Below, piece after piece: positions 1 to 13,024 of a stretch of DNA of 64,000 nucleotides. Location of the stretch: assembly GCA_002633005.1 (NCBI GenBank), contig NMRA01000379.1, positions 186,001-250,000 of the forward strand. Direction: 5' to 3'. The notes beneath the pieces were generated by a model. It had not been told where the DNA came from, made no database searches, and saw only the letters and a program-made list of their open reading frames with translations. The DNA comes from Phoronis australis (taxonomy: Eukaryota; Animalia; Phoronida). Positions within the stretch are counted from its first letter, which is position 1. Each line of letters starts with the position of its first letter. A program made the translations under genes and the position numbers.

Positions 1-552
1 TGGTGGTGAATGCTCGACGCAGATGCGGAACCCGGCGCCACATGCAAGCATGGGATGAAGTGAGATCCTCCCAGGGGGGGAGACCTTCCCCAGGTAAAAC
101 TTGAAAATTAGATGTAATTGGGTGCAGTTTGCTCATCATAGACAAGACCTTAACCTGAGCATCATGTAGTGGAAGTATCTGGGTAAAGGACACTTCGCAA
201 CACAAATTGGCAATGAAGTGTACGGCATTATGTGATCTCTGTTGCACTCGAGCACAAAAAACAATGTCAAAATTCAATTATCCACGAAGTGACAAACACA
301 GAACAAAAATATTTGAACTTTGTAGACGTAATAAACTAATTCATGTAACGAAACTTCCGCTGATATTGTCTTGCTAAACATAAATCAGTGATAGTGGAAG
401 GGCGTTGGCCGTCATAGCAGACGATGTATAATGCAGACGAATCTGAGACTGGTTAACATTCAATATTGTCATTTTGGCGCAGGGCTATGGTTGATTAAAC
501 AGTTGGATGTCATGCCCTGCAGTATAATTCACAATGTCTTTTGTAAACTCGG

Positions 553-1328
553 CAATGTTCTCCAAAACAAAAATTCCAAACTCGACGCAAATTTTTATGT
601 CCGTAGTAAACACTGTTCTTTCCCTAACAACAACATGGTCACTGTGTATTTTTATACCTTTCAAAATTGTACACTGAACTGGTATGACCTACTTTTTGAC
701 TTTCCTACCAATTTTTCACCATAAGTCCTCCAATGCATTCATAGACTCAGAAAATCAAACAAAAGGTTATATATAAGTTCCTTTAATAATAAAAATGTCA
801 ATTCTGATATCATTTCTACTTATTAAATACTACTAACATGTGATCTGGTATGACCTAGTTTTTAGTGATACCTGTTGTCCAGTTGAATAAGTTCTAATTC
901 GCCACCAGATGTCAGTCAAAATCAAAATCCTCTAAATTAAGCATATCAAATTGTTAATTTACAGGTTTAAGTGCAAAATTTTAAAGTTTAAATAATATTG
1001 CTGGCTAGTCAATTATTAAGGTAAGGTAGCTGACACCATAAAATTATGTTAGAAAAAGAATTTCTTCAGATTTTTTAGCAATAATTTACACTCTATTATT
1101 ACAAAAATTGGGTCATTATGTATTGTTAATTGCCTCATAGCATTAGGAACTATGGTTGATGTTGACAAATTCACCCTCATTTTTGATTCTGAGGGCAAAA
1201 GTGCCAAGCCAGCCAAAGTTTTAACTTGGCGTGGCACTTTTCAAACTTGAGGTGCATTGTCCAAACTCGACGCAGCAAAATTTAAACTTGTTGCATTGTC
1301 GAGTCAAAACCGGTTGTGGTGAACACTG
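553..1328. mobile_element. Non-autonomous TIR element with 5-bp TSD (hAT5-like), family X copy 1
   Basis: Ends CAATGTTCTCCA / TGGTGAACACTG; TSD CTCGG at 548-552 and 1329-1333; homologous to 20265-21735. Confidence 0.85.
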
Positions 1329-2384
1329 CTCGGATATGATGAAATGAATTTAGCAGAAATCTTAGTGTTTCTTACTTCATTAGCGAGCCCTGGCGCTTTC
1401 CCATTTTAGAAACTTCGTACCGAGGTCGTTGCCTGGTCCCCAGCTGTATTAAGTTCGTATGCATTGTCGGATATTCAGGCAGAAACGAGGTACGAAAGGA
1501 GATTGGGTATTGAATGATTGTGTTTAATGGGGGCACAATTCAAGATACCATTGTAAAATTATTATTTTCCCTTTCGATCTACAAACGGCAAAAGGTGCCG
1601 TGTGACTTGTACTTATTTATTATTAGTAGCGATCATTTTTACTTGCAATTCATTTTACTAGCGATCATTTCATTAGTGATCATTTTTACTTTCGATCATT
1701 TTTACGAGACGACCAATTTTACTACCAATTTTTGTGTAGCGGTGAAGTTTCCCAGTCATGATTAGGTGTGTGGCAGTCAATTTGAGTATGATTTACGAGT
1801 GGCGGGGCCAAAAAGGAGCGTGGCGGGCCGCCCAGAAGTTTACACGCAGGGGAACCCTGGTATTAAAATAATGACATTTACTTCGCTTTTGATGTTTTTA
1901 AAAAAGATGAAAATCATGAAATTACAGCTCTGAAAGACCAGTTTGGAGTTGCACTAAGGCATGAACCCTACATATTCATATAGTAATGAGGAATGGAACT
2001 AAGACCACATCCAATCTTGCAAAGCTGTCTGAGGACTTTGCCCTCATCTACTCCACTACGCCGGGTAGCTAAGACCACTGGCAGCATAGCCAGCAGTGGA
2101 AGAAACTTTGACAAGGTAAACATGTAGCACACCTCTGGTCCAATATTCTTAACGAGTTTCAGCCTTGTTCGTAAAAAATTATAGCCTCCAGGAGAATTTG
2201 AATCTGAAATTGAAAACAAAATGGCCACCACATCCGCCATCTTGAATCTGATTATGACCAAAAACAATAGGCTTCTCCACTACTTCTAAAACTACATGTT
2301 GTGTGTAAATTTCGTGAGGATTGAAAGAAAATTGCGACCTGTCTCGTGCGAACAAACAAACAAAAAATGAGAGTAAACGGAGGA

Positions 2385-2695
2385 GTGACACGCGGCAAAA
2401 TTAACCAAAAAGACGACGAGGGAGATGATGACGAAGATGATGGTTATGACGATGAAGGTGGCGAGTATGAACAACACGATGACATTCATATGACTAGCGA
2501 AGACGTAAGGAATCAGTAAGAAATAGGCTACAGTCTTGAGCGACACTTGGCAAAATTAACTGAAAAGACGCCGACGGAGATGAAGACGACGATGGAGATG
2601 ACGACGATGATTATGATGATAGTGGCGAGTATGAACAACACGATAACATTCGACTAGCGAATATGTCAGAAATCAGTAAGAAATAGGCTACAGTG
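2385..2695. repeat. Diverged ~155-bp tandem duplication, GAT/GAC-rich
   Basis: GGCAAAATTAAC...GGCGAGTATGAACAACACGAT...AATCAGTAAGAAATAGGCTACAGT occurs twice. Confidence 0.8.
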
Positions 2696-4427
2696 TTGTT
2701 CAATAGAAGCTAAACCACCATCAGTGCAGCAAGAGCGCTCAACAAAAGAACAGCGCTATCAGAATATCTTGGATAATTTAAAAACTAGACGTCCTAGCGA
2801 AAAAATGAAAAATATCTTTGAAAGCTCATTGAAAACTCTATCTTACAATCTAGTTTCACAAAATTCCTTAAATTTTTCAAAAAAAAAGAAATTTTTCACC
2901 AAGTAATAAACTTTGGACAATGAATAACCAAATTTGTATAAAAAGAACCAAAATAAGAATCAAAAACAGTCAAGCAAAATAATGCTTTTATGCTCATGGT
3001 GATATCAAGGACAACATGACCGTCATTCAGAAATTGTTCCTAACTGATGCACAAGGAACTCAGATCATGGAAATAGATGGGAATAGTCGATGATTTTCTG
3101 ATCTCATCCAGGTACAAAATTGTGCTCAAAAAGGCTTTTAGTGTGATAAACATCATGCCATCTCACATATTTCTTAATTTCGAATTTTTGATTACCCTTA
3201 TAGGTAATCTAAACAGTCCTTCAAATGGCAATAGGAAGTCACCTCCCAAGTAGAAGTCGATGGCACTTAAACCAGGAAACACAAACAATGCAATTAAAAT
3301 AACTTCTCATGATCACATAAGCAAAATCAACTCGGGAAACACTCATTCAGACTGCAAGGGCCTGTTTTTATCAAAGATGGAAGAACGGTCGAAGCCAAGA
3401 CGGTCAAAGGAACATTACAGCAAATGCTGCACTGAGTTTTAAGGGAAAAGCAAAAACGTTCACAATCAAGACCCCCTTCACGATCCATGTTTTATGAAGT
3501 CTATGCAAATCAAAATCGAAGTTACCACGACAGTCAAGACCAGTCTTATGGCCTTTGATGAAACAGGCACCAAGAGAGGTATGACGGAAACTGCAAGCCA
3601 AAAACAGAGACAACTGCTATTTGTAAGTTATCAAAATCAAACAAACTGTTTACACAATGATCATCCATCCAAGTGGGAAATGCAATGCTACTACACTTGA
3701 CAAGTGCTTTGAATAAAACAAGGTCATTGACCTCCTAAAGCCATGTAACACAGGGATGGATTTATAATCGAACACAAATCTTCAGTGACAGCTGAAAACC
3801 AGTTGTGTATACATAAAACACCATAACACACAGACATAAATAACAGCAGTAACAATGTATATACATAACCTCATGTTGTGCAAGGGAAGCTCAAGACACA
3901 GCAGGACACAAAGCAGGACCATTCAATTGTACTGAGGAAATTCTAAACTGAGGACCAATCCATGCACTATGGACCAAATGGAAAGACCTGATGATTGGCT
4001 TCAGTGGTCAGAAACCCAGGTAAAAGCCTACGTAGCTGTTGTCTATTTTGACTTGACCATATTACCGCTGTACATGTCATCATAGGCAGACTGAAACACT
4101 ATAGAACACAAGTTAACATAAATCTCCATAATCAAAACATTTACCTGAGGCAGTTGTGATGACCAAAGAGAATAAAAATATGACTAGGTTCAATGCTCAT
4201 GCACTTAGAAAAAGCAAGCTGGTGAAGAAGTCAACAGAAAGATGAACATCTTGCACACAAAGCTATTCATTCCCGTGCCATCTTACAAAATTAATTTATT
4301 GAAAAAGTAAATGTCATAATTTCAGAGATGATATAAACAGGGAAGCAATTTCAGTTATTTTCAATGAACCTACTGTTATTGTTTTTAATTGTACGTGCCA
4401 GATTTGGAAATAAGGTCAGTCACCTAC

Positions 4428-4550
4428 CCATGTTTCAACAAATCAAGACACCAAAAGCTTTCTTTGGCGGAAGAAGGAAGACGAAACAGATGCTGCTTTT
4501 TGAGAGCTGGCCTTTTTAACAAGAGTTCTCTAATTTGGGACTGCATGTTC
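4428..4550 (-). CDS. Candidate exon of the - strand gene (NMQSQIRELLLKRPALKKQHLFRLPSSAKESFWCLDLLKHG)
   Basis: Minus strand ccttcacag|...CATGG|GTAGGT, 123 nt with one open frame and an in-frame ATG. No homologue recognised. Confidence 0.4.
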
Positions 4551-5199
4551 CTGTGAAGGTCACGTGAATAATGTAAACAGAACAGAACTGTATTCTCCAC
4601 AACTCGAGGCAAAGTGACCTATCGCAAGCTCCGCCCCCTTGCGTAATGTTGACTAACAATAAGTTTTACCCGGCAACGTGTTGTTTGTCAGGTAAAATCG
4701 AGGGAACATCGAAGCGCGAATTATCGGAACTGAGACTTAATGTCGCAGTTTTGGGGAACATTGTTTTTTTCCAACAGCAGGAGGGCCAAGTTCAGTGTAA
4801 AATAAACACCCGGTCAGCTTAAACCTACAGTCAAGCCGGTATACTCTTCTACTTTGTACTGTCGCTGTTCTCTTTTGATGTGCGACTTTGGTGCGGTGCG
4901 TGCGCGCGCGAGTTCCTACGCTCTGAAGTGCAAGTTACCTTGACTACACATGTGAGTGACAGGTGACTCATATGCACGTAATCAACCCCGGAAAGAAGGT
5001 CTTGATAATTCGTTTACCACTGTCTTTTGCCATAAAAAAGACCCATATTGAAACAGGCTCTTATATTACATACAGCCATTTCCAAGTCGCGATCGTTTGT
5101 GGGGACATTGCGCGCAAACAGCAGGACCTGAACAGTGCCGCAGTGCGATATTGTAGGTGATATTATAATAGTACAATATGGAAATCTTGCATGAAAAAT

Positions 5200-6592
5200 A
5201 ACAAGAGCAACGCCAAGCGTTGAAATGTGCCCACGAATGCATTGCAAATGGTGTGCTTTTAGGGTTATTAATTTGTATCATAAAAATGTCTGTTGTTATC
5301 TTCATATAAATACACTTACTAAATTGAATAAAGATCCTGCAGTGGGTTTAGGAGATACAACTATGGGCGCAAAACAAAACTACCACTAGAAGGCGCCACA
5401 GTAGTCAGTCACCATCATCAAAGATCGTCTTCACACTGATAACATATATGCCAATTTTCAAATGATTTGGTTGATACACGGGTGGATGCCAAAAACAAAA
5501 TTTGAAAACAGCAACAATGGCCACTAGGTGGTGCAAAATACCTCGATCCATCCAGAAACAGAAAGATAGCGTCATCACACCAATAGATGCCTATATTTAA
5601 ATTTTATGAAAATCTATTGAGGATCTTTGAAGATACAAAGTTAAACGTAAAAAACTAAAATTGCCAGTAGGGGCACAGCTGTAGTCAGATCTGTCCGAAA
5701 GTCGTCGTCGTCCGTAGTCAACATCATATAAATACACTTGCTAAATTAAGTAAAGATCCTGAAAACGGTATACCGTGTTGATAGATTAGTGGACGCCAAA
5801 AATCTCGAAAACAGTAAAAATGGCCACTAGGTGGCGCAATCTAGGTCAAATTCATCTGAAAACGGAGAGATAGCGATACCTCATTAATAGATGCCTATAT
5901 GCCAAATTTTATGAACATATGATGAGGACCTTTGAAGATACAGAGGTAAACATAAAAATAAAACTGCCACTAGGTGGCACACCAGTCGTCAGATTTGTCT
6001 GAAAGTCCCAGTCGTCTGTTGGTAACATCATATAAGTATACTTACTAAATTTCATAAAGATCCTGCGAACGGTTTAGGAGATACAGTCATAGACACACCA
6101 AAACAAAACTGCCACTAGGAGGCGCCACAGTAGTCAAAATCATTGGAAAATCATCGTCAACCATCCTCTTTATAGTAAAAACATACGTGCCAATTTTCAT
6201 AATCATCCTTTGAGCGGTTTGGTTGATACAGGGGAGGACACAAAAAACAGACTCCAAAACAGTAAAAACGGCCACTAGGTGGCGCAAACTAGGTCGAATC
6301 CATCCAAAAACAGAAAGATAGCGTCATCTCACTAATAGGTGCCTACATACCAAATTTTATGAAAATCCGTTAAAGACTTTAAAAGATACAAAGGTAAGCG
6401 TAAAAAACTAAAATTGCCACTAGAAAGTTCACTCATGCCGTCCTATTCATGAATGGAACATATGTGCCAAATTTCATGAACGTATGTCAAAGGGTTTTGA
6501 AGATAGAGCAGCGGACGCCGGACGGACGCCAGACGGATGGACGAAGATGACGGCATAATGCGTCCACATATAAATATGTGGGCGCATAAAAA
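5200..6592 (-). mobile_element. Helentron-associated / DINE-1-like non-autonomous element (HINE family H)
   Basis: Subterminal inverted repeats TGCGCCCACA, 5' palindrome followed by a (GTCC)n-like tract, 3' hairpin CAACGC-TTG-GCGTTG then CTCTTGTT, internal ~145-150 bp diverged repeats, no TSD. Confidence 0.75.
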
Positions 6593-6829
6593 TGTGTTTT
6601 CCACCTCAGAATTTAGTAAGTTGATCGTTTAACAATGAAGAAAAATATCGCTGTTTTGTGACGTTTTATCACATATGTATGCTGTGGTCAGTACGTTGGA
6701 AAATTTCCAGGTCACATGTTACGACTAAATACAAGATTACCAAAATCTCCTCTCGCATTTCCAAATTTCACATCGCCAATGCGACCTGCAGCTCGTAATA
6801 CCTAGCGCCAAGTCCAGTTTACAACAACT

Positions 6830-7660
6830 CTCAAATAATTCGACCTAGCGAAAAATGGAAAATATCTTCTGAAAGCACGTTCAAAACTCTATCTAACAGA
6901 GCAATTTCACAAAATTCCGTAAAATTTTCAAAAATTTTCAAATTTTGCATTTTTTTAAAATTGAAAGTCAACTCAAAAATGATAAGTCTGAGAAAAAATT
7001 GTTACAAGTCACTCAAAAGGGTATACCTCAGAGAACCAAAATGCAAAAATTCACGTCATTTCCTCTTCCCGTTTAAAATGGCAACCCAGCACGATTGAAA
7101 ATGGGTGAAAATGTGTCAGATCAGACATTTTGAAAACAACTTCCGGTTATGAGGCACACGATGATAGGTACAGGAAACTAAAACATGAAAAATTTTAAAG
7201 CAGTTAGTCCTACAATGCACCCTCAGGACAAAATGTTTTTGTCCCATAATTGAGCTGTGCATGCGCAATGGCCAATATTTTTGTCATCTTTAACCGGAAG
7301 TGAATGATTTCCGGCACATTTGTAGAACACGTGTCCAACAATGACTGTGACCATTTTCAATTGCCTATGTCAAAAACTGCAGCATCTATGAGCACTTGAA
7401 TCTGAATTTGATAACAAAATGGCCACTCCGTCCGCCATCTTGAATCCGATCATGACCAAAAACAATAGGTTTCCAGTGTTTCCGGGACTACAGGTTGTGT
7501 GTGAATTTCATGGAAATTAGACGAAAAATGCGACCTGTAGAGTGCGAATTTCGCCAACCAAAAATAGTAAAGCTTCTCATAATAATACACACATACACGC
7601 ACACACACATACACGCACACACACATGCAAGCAGAGTTACAAACACTGTTCACCAGTAAT
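6830..7660 (-). mobile_element. Second HINE-like repeat family; related fragments at 2197-2370, 2790-2990 and 17985-18200
   Basis: Shared block AAAATGGCCAC...CGCCATCTTG...ACCAAAAACAATAGG...GTTGTG(T/C)GT(A/G)AATTT followed by a simple repeat ((CA)n-like or (CAAA)n). Confidence 0.55.
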
Positions 7661-8046
7661 CAATACAAGATGAATAGCATACTCATATGGGTTACCGCTC
7701 ATGCTCGGCTAACTGCCCACCCCACGAAATTTTCAATTTTTCATTTTTAAGCACCCATGCTCGGCTTACCGCACACCCCCAATTTTTTCATGATCGAGAC
7801 CTCCTTAAGGTGTCTGTGCTTTTGAGAACGTTCGTCACAAAAAATAAGATTCCAAAACGTGCGCAACTCGCATACCTTTTAGTGACAATGAACCACTTTT
7901 CCAAAATCTCGATTTTAACCGCCCATGCTCGACTTACCGCCCACCCCATTTTTTTAAATTCCCAATTTCAGCGCCCTGGTCGGTAACCCGGACCAGTGTG
8001 GTATTAATGAGGAAAACCCAAGAGTAAAACTATGATATTTCCTCAA

Positions 8047-8498
8047 CAGGGCTTGGAATGACCAATGACAAAAAACGCGGAAACTTTTACGGCCTAAATC
8101 ATGCGCACTACCCAACCTTGAAATGGTCAATGTAAACAAAAAAAAAAACGTTACCACCAGCAGTAGCATGCGTCTGCGTCCTTTTAGCTCGTCCGTCCAC
8201 TCCCAACCCACACATTTTTGGCTGCGGAGCCATAGTATTTGTCACCGCGGTTTACAATAACACGAGACGCCATTGAAAATCCTACCACGCTATCCCAGAT
8301 GCCCCGGCAATGTTGACAATTTACGTTCCTCCGAAACATAAAGAGCAACTTCCGCTTTTCGAGGTGAACGTCGTCTGCAACGGCGCGGTAAGAAAGGAAT
8401 TTGCCGCGGAAATTTTACATCAAATCTGATTTTTTTAACGCGGAAATATGATAAAATGCGCAGACAGAACATTTGAAAAAAAAAAATTCCAAGCCTTG
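8047..8498. mobile_element. MITE with 6-bp TSD (hAT6-like), family Y copy 1
   Basis: TIR CAGGGCTTGGAAT / ATTCCAAGCCTTG; flanks CCTCAA / CCTCTA (one mismatch); near-identical to 9960-10345. Confidence 0.85.
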
Positions 8499-8718
8499 CC
8501 TCTAGGCATTTGGCAATATTCAATGTCACAATTTCACCTATAGCTTATTGAACAGGCCAAGGTTGTAACGAACTATAACTCCGAAGTTGATGTAAACACT
8601 CACGCTCAACTTTGGGTAAACCTCAGTTAACATCAAAGCTTCTATTGTAGCCACATTAACTGCATGGAAAAGGGCCTAGAGAATAATGGATAAGGTCCTT
8701 ATACAATCATAAACCAAT

Positions 8719-9200
8719 GTTGCTTTCTGATTAGGGAAACTTCAGTTTATCGAGGCTTTTTCAAAACTTCGCTTGCCTTTCCCACTACACAGCGATATCA
8801 AAGTTATCGCTAAGACAGACGACGTAGTTCATTCGTACTCTCAAACAAATGTAAATAGTGGGTTGGAGGTTAACTGTAAAAATTTCCCCTGCCACTTACG
8901 AATGCTTATGAAAATAATCAGTGTCATCAGCTACCCTTTCTTTTATTTATTTACGTTGCCTATGCTACAATAACAAAGAACACATCCTGCGAGTCTCACA
9001 TGATCCTACATCGTTGCCATGACCTCTACCGATAACTTCGACGAAGCTTCGCTTTTAGCACGAGTACTTACCGAAGCTTCGCTTTGAAAGCTTACCATTT
9101 AAGCGAAGTTTCTCTTGGAGATTAACTACCAGAGTTAACCTTTCCCACTTACCGAAACTTCGGTGAAAGCTTTAAGTTTCACTTTTAAGGGGAAAGCAAC
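8719..9200. mobile_element. Degenerate PIF/Harbinger-like MITE; partial second copy at about 19178-19515
   Basis: Imperfect terminal inverted repeats GTTGCTTTC... / ...GAAAGCAAC; 8730-9030 aligns by eye with 19180-19515. No clear TSD. Confidence 0.55.
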
Positions 9201-9579
9201 TCAAGAATTTAAGATTGATGAATCAATCTCAAGAGTCCATAACTATTAGTAATATTGATCAGACATTACTAACATCAGGAATAGACCACAAGTCACAGTC
9301 ATTATATAACACTTGTCAACACCATGTACTGAGTTATATCACTACCACTGGTGACAACAGGCAGCTATAAAAGACTTCAGAGGTGGAAAAGCCTAATTTA
9401 TGAAGTCAATGTTTCAAGGCATACAGATCATTATGGAACATCAATTCTGATCATTATGCCACTTTCTCATTAACAAAGAATATTTACCCAGACTGGTGTG
9501 AGGGACTCACATCAGAACCAACTTTACACAAGAGACATTTGTCACGTGCCAGTTGTCACAGTGCAACTTGCTCCACTTA

Positions 9580-10938
9580 CCGTATTCGCCCTAATAAGTG
9601 CCCAGGGCGCTTAGAAAAATTTGCTGCAGGAAGGGGGGGCGCTTCTTATAGCCCAAAGTGGTTGAAACCCGATCTCCCAAACTGGTAAAATTGTAAGCTA
9701 AAATTCATCAAATTTACGCTCTGTGACTCATCTGTAACCTATGACAGAGTTTCTGCAAAACTGCAGTACACTGCTCTATCAAACTTTGTTGTTAAATTAC
9801 GAGCATTTTTCAGAAAAACCCAATGCGAAAACTTGCCGACTGATGCGTCACTGCCTCGCAGTCATCAATAGGTCAACTTGAATTCTTGAGTAAAAATATA
9901 GTTTCGACTCAACAAATTAGCTGAAGTCCTCTTTAAGTTTTCAAAATAACATTTTTAAGCAGGGCTTGGAATGACCTATGACAAAAAACGTGGAAACTTT
10001 TACGGCCCAAAACATGCGCGCTACCTTTTTAGCTCGTCCGTCCACTCCCCCCCACACAGAGCAGAGCCGTAGTATTTGTCACCGCGGTTTACAATCACAC
10101 GAGACGCCATTGAAAATCCCACCACGCTATCCCAGATGCCCCAGCATTTACGTTCCTCCGAAACATAAAGAGCAACTTCCGCTTTTCGAGGTGAACGTCG
10201 TCGGCAACGCCGCGGTAAGAAAGGAATTTGCCGCGGAAATTTTATATCAAATCCGATTTTTTTATGCGGAAATATAATAAAATACGCGGACAGAGCATTT
10301 GAAAAAAGCGGAAATCCGCGTTTCCGCGGAAAATTCCAAGCCTTGTTTAAGTTCCTGAGGAGTCGGGATTAACTGCATATTAAGTCCAAATCTGCGCTAG
10401 ATCGTACTCCACAACACGACAAAAATCTCTGGACGAACACACATTGTTGTCACCTGATGTTTGTTTTGAAGTTCGTCTGAGTGTGGGAGTGAGCGAGCGT
10501 GTGCGTGTCATCAGAGTTCATTTGCCAGAGTAAACGCGATGTAACAATCTAGGTTTGCATTGTAACTAAGGAAAGTAACACAAGCAGTAAAGCAGAACAT
10601 GTTTTATTTAGCACTTGTTGATCTCATCTGCTAAAAACATTCGAGAATTGTCTCGGTAAGCTGATATTGAATTGCCAGGTAACTGAATGCATGACAGTCT
10701 AACAGTTACTTTTCAGGAGATTCGGGGGGTGCAAGGGTGCGGAAGTGTTCATTTTCAGTGGGTTGTTTCATTGTGCCAATCTCGTTGACAAATTGAAGAT
10801 GTTACTGTAGAATTTTAGTACTGTAGATAAGCCATTTTTCGTATGTACATGTTCATGGGCTGGGCGCTTGTTTCAACGAAATCTGAAAATGCCTAAGGGC
10901 TGCTTATGGGGCATGGGCACTTATTAGGGCGAATACGG
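9580..10938. mobile_element. Tc1/mariner-pogo-like non-autonomous element (family P), TA TSD
   Basis: Perfect 24-bp TIR CCGTATTCGCCCTAATAAGTGCCC / GGGCACTTATTAGGGCGAATACGG, flanked by TA on both sides. Confidence 0.9.
9960..10345. mobile_element. Family Y copy 2, nested in the Tc1/pogo-like element
   Basis: Same TIRs; perfect TSD TTTAAG at 9954-9959 and 10346-10351. Confidence 0.9.
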
Positions 10939-12268
10939 TAGGTATCATTTCTAAGGCTTAGTGCTTTTGAAACCCCCCTCCCAACTCATAATTATGTGTT
11001 TCCTTTATTTTGGCAAGCTCATTTCCATTTGACAACCTAGGAATATTGCCAGGTCGCATTTGCCGCACTTGCGGAGTTTGAATATATGCTAAGCCTCAAG
11101 CCTGGCAAAAACAATTTCTCATCCTTCAGCACTCTGAGCTCAAGATTAATGTATTTGTTTCGTGAATTGCAGTTTTTGCGTTCGTATCTTTTCTTGATTG
11201 AAGAGACACTGATAGCTCAGCCGTCTCAATGAATCCTAGGCAAGGATACGAAATAACCCAAATAAATGAATAATAACAATAACAATTATACAGGACTTCG
11301 TGATGACTTGAGATTTTTACTAGGCTGCCAAACAAAATCTGATGTCGCATAGATGTGCTCCAGGTCGCCAAATCCAGCCCTGTAATAATTACAATAAAAA
11401 TTTTTGAATCCTCCGTCACCCACCTACTCAATGACTCCGGATGTTGACATCGCCAAACTCTACAAGACTTTTTTCACAGCAGTGATAAGGTTGATCAAAA
11501 CATTTGGATGGGTTTCCTAGCTCCAGCCTATGACCCAATTTTCCACTCATCAAAACTGATGTACCAAAGGGTTGTACACAGAAATAGACAGAGGATTGTG
11601 AGGCCAGCTGTGGTGGTTACATAATACTAGGTAGACCTGAGTTACAGCATGTTTAACAAGACTGAGAACAGCTGTACACTACCAAAGATATTATACTTAC
11701 ACATATAGTATCTTTGCTACAAACTTTCTTTGTGCACTCTGACTACATAAACTAGTATTTACTAAGGAACATCACACTCATATCAACTGGATGTACAGAA
11801 AAATAGGCACTCCTAGATTTTCGTAGTTCCTGTTAAAAAATACCATGTCTGAAGACGGATGTACAATACCATAGCTTAGTGGATATGATGTACACTAGCT
11901 GGTGAAAAAATAGATGATTCTGAGAAATGTTCCATTACTATACCATATTTACGAGTAACAGGAAGTGAGGGAAGACAGTTGAGGTAATGGTGAGAAAAGA
12001 CATAGTTTAAAGGAAATGAAATGAGTAAAACCTACACACAACTTGGTGAATATGGAGATCTACTCAGCACTGGTACGATATTGCGGTCCCCAGTTTTAAG
12101 AACCAGTTTCGTCCACTGAATAACAGGTCCGGTGCTCAATGGTTTTCTGGTTCTCTACATCAGAACTGCTACACCCCACCAGTGCTAATTTACTCCATAT
12201 CCACAATAATGTTTGAGAGGAGACATATGTAGGCAAGTTTGAGGAATGACCTAACAGGCTGCCCCAAT

Positions 12269-12675
12269 AGGCCCTTTCATACTGACTTAACTAATGTCTG
12301 AGTGGAACGTCAACATAAACTGCTAAGTTAACTGAACCATTCATACCAGCTTCCGGTAGTTGACGGACATCAAAGAAAACTGTAGGTGACGCTGTTGTCA
12401 TCGAAATAATCGGAAGGTACCTCTGATGCATCGCGTGTACGATAACATTTTTTAATGTGACAATTTGGGAACATTTACATGTGCTAATTGACATAAAACT
12501 TGTGTCTAATTTGATTGGTGTTTATTTGAGGAAAATATAAGCAACTATCGGTGATGACACTGCCCTTTAATTGTTGACAATAATAGTGGCCCCTGGTGAT
12601 AACTTGGATGGGACTGAATTTAACCGTTCATACTGCACCGCAGTGTCAACGCTCTGCTGTTAAATTCACCTGTAT
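12269..12675. mobile_element. Inverted, truncated, more diverged copy of the 24592-25096 MITE
   Basis: Starts AGGCCCTTTCATACTGACTTAACT; reverse-complement similarity to 24700-25096. Confidence 0.8.
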
Positions 12676-12768
12676 CCTGCACATATTAAAATATGTGCAT
12701 ATATACCATTATTTCTTTGTGGTTTTGTCCACATGGTAACATATCATACAGGACAATGCAATGTTGGA

Positions 12769-12911
12769 GGTAATTATTGCATGAACAACTATACTTGTTG
12801 AACCTAAACTGTTAAAGGTAATTATTGCATGAACAACTATACTTGTTGAACCTAAACTGCTAAAGGTAATTATTGCATGAACAACTATACTTGTTGAACC
12901 TAAACTGTTAA
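12769..12911. repeat. Minisatellite, 48 bp x 3
   Basis: Unit GGTAATTATTGCATGAACAACTATACTTGTTGAACCTAAACTGTTAAA. Confidence 0.9.
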
Positions 12912-13024
12912 CTGGAACATGTTGAGCAGACAATGGCATGCAACAGCTGACCAACCCAACATTACACCAGCCACTCACAGATAACACTGTTATCATCAAC
13001 TGACTCAACTTTCTAATTTTAAAG

